Origin: Octopus sinensis
Lineage: Eukaryota
Assembly (NCBI RefSeq): GCF_006345805.1
Contig: NW_021834275.1
Coordinates: forward strand, 1 to 53,639
Length of the DNA stretch: 53,639 nucleotides
Reading direction: 5' to 3'
Below the pieces are notes generated by a model that did no database searches, had not been told where the DNA came from, and saw nothing but the letters and a program-made list of their open reading frames with translations. Of this stretch, positions 49,146 through 53,639 are shown one piece after another (the stretch's first letter is position 1; each line of letters opens with the position of its first letter). The translations under genes and the position numbers were made by a program.

Positions 49146-49770
49146 GAATGGAAGAAGAAATAACAGGATGAACAAAATGAAACTAGTCTTTATATTTTCT
49201 AGTTATAGTGAATAATGCAATACACAAAAGCTGGCAAAAGTATTCACACAAACACACACAAACACACAAGGAAACATACACGTACACACACAGGAGCACA
49301 CACTCTGTCCATTTCATTATATGTCTGTGTATATGTTTGTGTATATAAGTACGTGCACAACCAGAAGTGAAACTAAAGTCAGCCACAGACTGGCAGGGAT
49401 TATGTACATACGTATATATGTACATACATATATATATATATGTACATATATATGTATGTTCGGGAAGCTGGTATGTAAATGTATGCACGAGAGGCTGGTA
49501 TGTAAATGTATAATTGTATTCCTGTATTTTTTCTTTTTTTTGGCATAGTGTGAAATCATCAGTTTTAAAAATATGAAATATATCATATTACTTGGCACGT
49601 CTCTGAAACGGCCCGTAGATGGAATTTTTAAATTTTTGTAATATTTTCGTGGTATTTTAGTACGTCCTTTTAATGTTTTATCATCTCAAATTTTTATTAC
49701 ACCAATGTATTGTAACTTTTAAATCTAAAATTCACCGTGTTTTATGTATCAGGAACTTACCAGCACCCAC

Positions 49771-49801
<31 letters not shown>

Positions 49802-50178
49802 TGTATGTATGTATGTATGTATGTATGTATGTATGTATAACAGATCTATGAACTGTTCTATACACAATCTTAGTCGTATTCATACACAGGATGTTATATA
49901 AACTTGGTATACAGGAAAGAATTGATGGAATATATAAGAAGCGTTAAAAATGAGATAAAAAGTGAGGGAGAATAAATTTTCCATCCCAATATTAATTAAA
50001 TGGATGTAACGTTTGTTTATAATCCCACCTGATACGTGGGAGGCGTGTGTGGTTAAAAGGCTCGAAGCATAGACATATAATGGAAGAAATGCTGCGGAAA
50101 TGAAATTTGTAGTTACGGAGATGTACTTGCATAGCAAGTGACCTGATTTGAGATCGTATGCTGGAACGAAAATAATTG

Positions 50179-50285
50179 CAGCGTGGAAGGTGTTTATATG
50201 CCATTTAAGAAACACACAAAAACAGTTAGATTCACTAACGGTTTGTGTGTGTTTCTTAAATGGTTTATAAACACCTTCTACGCTG
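50179..50285. other. 107-nt near-perfect hairpin (51-bp stem, ATTCA loop)
   Basis: By-eye pairing of the plus-strand transcript: 46 Watson-Crick pairs, 2 G-U, 3 mismatches. Confidence 0.9.
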
Positions 50286-50791
50286 AAATTTGTAATGAAA
50301 TTCACAAATATTAAAAAAAAAAAAAAAAAGGAAAAGTGATCAACTATAGAGCAGAGAGATATAGTGAATAAAAAGAACGGCAAGAAGATGGCGTTCTATA
50401 GAATTTAGAAGAACTCTGCTGTAACAATATTACTATAAGTAACATAGTACGTGTTTATCGGAGTCTATGTATTTGTTAAGTATTTCTGATTTTGTGTATG
50501 TGTACATGATAGAAGTGCTTGTACCCCCATATCACATTAAAGGCATTGCATTGCTAATTTGAAGTAGCGAACTCATTCCATTTTAAATACAAGACTCTAT
50601 ATTGAAGAGTGAGACGTGACTCGTTTACAAAAGTAATGTGTTAGTAAGTTAATAAACAGTAAACTTGTGTGCATTTCTCTAAGTCACGCATACTTACATA
50701 CCTATCAAACTGTTTAACTGTCCAACTATATACATATCGAACAACCTACTACACTACACACACACCACACACACACACACACACACATACA

Positions 50792-50864
<73 letters not shown>

Positions 50865-50867
<3 letters not shown>

Positions 50868-51047
50868 TCGTTACCCACTACACATCCTTTATTTTCTCTC
50901 CTTGTTTCTTTCTGTGTTCCTTTCTGTGGAAGAGCGTAGGCTCGAAACGTTAAAGACTTTTTCACTTCTCGAGCGTTATACTAATACATCTGCTTGTTGT
51001 CTACACCACTTGTCTTCGTCTTTTGCTTTTTTGTGAATTCTTCCCCT
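50865..51047 (+). mobile_element. Family H3 repeat copy
   Basis: Reverse-complement match to 29574-29745. Confidence 0.7.
50920..50955 (+). ncRNA. Minimal hammerhead variant, U at core position 6 (GUU site), all stems intact
   Basis: CTTT CTGTGGA A GAGC GTAG GCTC GAAAC GTT AAAG. Confidence 0.62.
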
Positions 51048-51188
51048 ATATATATATATACGTATATATATATATATATATATATTGATAGATATGGTAA
51101 GACAACAAAAGAATGAAAGAGACCTCGAATTATGTAAATAGAGGAATTTGTCTGTAAATATAATACGTGACATTTATTCGGTAGCCAT

Positions 51189-51248
51189 GATAAAACTCCG
51201 AGTTTCGGATATCGGGGCGGAAACCATGCCGCCATCTCTTCAGTTATC
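51189..51248 (-). ncRNA. Type I hammerhead ribozyme-like fold (GUU site) with extended stem II
   Basis: GATAA CTGAAGA GAT GGCGG catggttt CCGCC ccgat ATC C GAA ACTC G GAGT T TTATC. Confidence 0.6.
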
Positions 51249-51528
51249 CAGCCATCAAAAACTACATACACATACATTTAAATCAACCATTATAAATAAT
51301 CTGAAAGCGGAAGAGTAAAAATATGTAAGCCTTTCCTCAAGTTCGGCTTGCGACATTTTTTTCTTATGTACAATCCAGCGACAGACTTTTGTATCTTTTA
51401 TGCAAACTTGCATCTTCCGCACAGGAAGAACTCGAATAATTAAATAGAAGAGGACATATACACAGATATGTACAGATACTCCCACGCTTAAATGAACACA
51501 TACACACATACATAGGTACATACACACG

Positions 51529-51580
<52 letters not shown>

Positions 51581-52094
51581 CATATACGTATAAATATACC
51601 TATCTGTATATTAACATGTGTATATGTGTATGTATTTGTGTGTGTTTGCGTTTGCGTGTTTCTCTGTGTATTTGTGTATATGCATCTATGATCGGGAAGC
51701 GCATGTCTTTTTGCCATATACCCGGAATGTTATTGTGTTCGTGTTTCTTGTTCTTTTATGAAGCGTACTTTTCATATTTTTATTTCAGTTTGGAATAATA
51801 ACAAATTTCTAAAGTTCAACATCAATACTTTCAGACCTTCAGCAGATTCACCTTCCGGCTGAAGCGATGTTGTTGTGTGATAGTTTCTTTCATGTCAGAC
51901 ATAAACAATGGCATTAACGTAGACACTACACTACACACACGCACACATATATGAATTATTAAGGTTGCTATTCGCAATTTACAACCGAAATGCAACAAGT
52001 ATGTATGTATGAGTACTATGTGTGTTGAAATATATATATATATATATAAACACATGCGTGTGTGTATATATATTTATATATGTATATATTCTTC

Positions 52095-52328
52095 TTTTCT
52101 TTTATTCTTTTACTTGTTTCAGTCATTTGACTGCGTCCATGCTGGAGCATCGCCTTTAGTCGAGCAAATCGAACCCAAAGCTTATTCTTTGTAAGCCTAG
52201 TACTTATTCCATCGTTCTCCCTTTGTCGAACCGCTAAGTTACGTGGACGTAAACATACCACCATCGGTTCTCAAGCGATGTTGGTAGTGGTGGGGGACAA
52301 ACACAGACACACAAACATATACATATAC

Positions 52329-52380
<52 letters not shown>

Positions 52381-52545
52381 CATATACGACTGGCTTCTGC
52401 CAGTTTCCGTCTAACGAATCCACTCACAAGGATTTGGTCGGCCCGAGGCTATAGTAGAAGACACTTGCCCAAGTTGCCACGCAACACGACTGAACCCAAG
52501 TCCATGTGGTTGATAAGACAACTACTACCACACAGCCACTCTGCG
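52095..52545 (-). mobile_element. SINE family B, full length
   Basis: Complete on the minus strand with internal (TA)n. Confidence 0.9.
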
Positions 52546-52575
52546 CTATATATATATATATAAATATATATATAT

Positions 52576-52610
<35 letters not shown>

Positions 52611-53639
52611 TAATATATATTTATATATATACATACAACACATCTATTTCAACACACATATACATACATGTTTAGAGAGAGAGAGAGAGGAGAGAGGGAG
52701 AAAATATGAAGCAGAATTTAAAATATTTAGATTGAAATATAGGATTAACCAGACAGTTAGCTAGTTTAGTAGATAACTAGCTGGATAGATAAATACCGAG
52801 AAATAATTAAGTTGATTCAGTTTTTATATAACTTATATAAATATTAGATCCTTTACTATAGATTTTCGTCTAGATTAGTCATAAAATCTTACAGTTTCTC
52901 TATACTGATGCGATTAAGCTGATCAGCGAATTATAATGTTAGGAATATTGATTTATTTTGTAGCTCGTAGACGTAATTCATTTTTGTCAGTTAGCACATG
53001 GTAATTGAAAGAAATCTTCGAAGTGCAATCTCTGTACGCTACATCTAGTTTAAATTTTGCTGCAGCTATCTAAATCACAGTAACAGCAACCCAGGTATGA
53101 CTTAACCTTTTCAAAATCAGAACAATAGTTACTATATATTTGAGGCTTTCCATCGGACAGGTTCCAACATTTATATTAAGCCTCGGTAAAAATTTCTGTG
53201 TGTAAAACTGGTTGTTTTCATATATCTAAGTCCCAATTCTGTTGTGTCTGGGGAGAATCATTTTCTTTTTTTGCCTTTAATTAAAACACTTATTTCTTAT
53301 TTTTATTTTCCTAAAATTTTCATTGCGTCTTGCAACATTTTCAATCGTCAAGACTATTGAAATGGTTGCAAGAAGCAACGAAATAAGACTCTATTGTTTA
53401 CGCCACAGTAGTTGTGTTAGGGAAATGATGTCGTATGGGCGCCGATCATAACGTGCTTTCACATACTTATGCAAACCATATATATATATATAGATATATA
53501 TATATATATATATATAATTAGATATTACATTAATATTAATATTATACATGTAACTGAGTTTCGCCTGAGTGCCTGGGTGGCGCAAGGTCCTGAACAGATG
53601 CCGCAAACCATCCAACACAGCATTCTATTAGTTGTGTAG

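Overview
AT-rich, microsatellite-saturated animal genomic DNA, most likely a coleoid cephalopod (Octopus). That assignment is an inference from the tRNA-derived SINE families and the repeat landscape. Almost every entry in the supplied ORF track is a microsatellite or SINE artefact. The window is dominated by mobile DNA: about 40 copies of several tRNA-derived SINE families, five 5'-truncated R4/Dong-type LINE ends mostly embedded in (TAA)n, Merlin elements (one with a transposase remnant, two with 8-bp TSDs), a decayed mariner, a pogo/Tigger-like MITE, Helitrons (one carrying a Pif1 helicase fragment) and foldback elements. Two things are not explained by ordinary annotation. (1) A small minus-strand gene candidate missed by the ORF track (ATG at 35226) encodes a signal peptide followed by a Gly-Arg-Ser/Thr-repeat, strongly cationic peptide. 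It has a TATA box, a CAAC-ATG start context and a canonical 80-bp intron. (2) At least six unrelated short repeat families carry minimal type I hammerhead-ribozyme folds, probably Penelope-like element termini. One family has a fixed A6-to-U change in the catalytic core in all three copies. All folds and alignments were done by eye; boundaries of SINEs and decayed elements are approximate.
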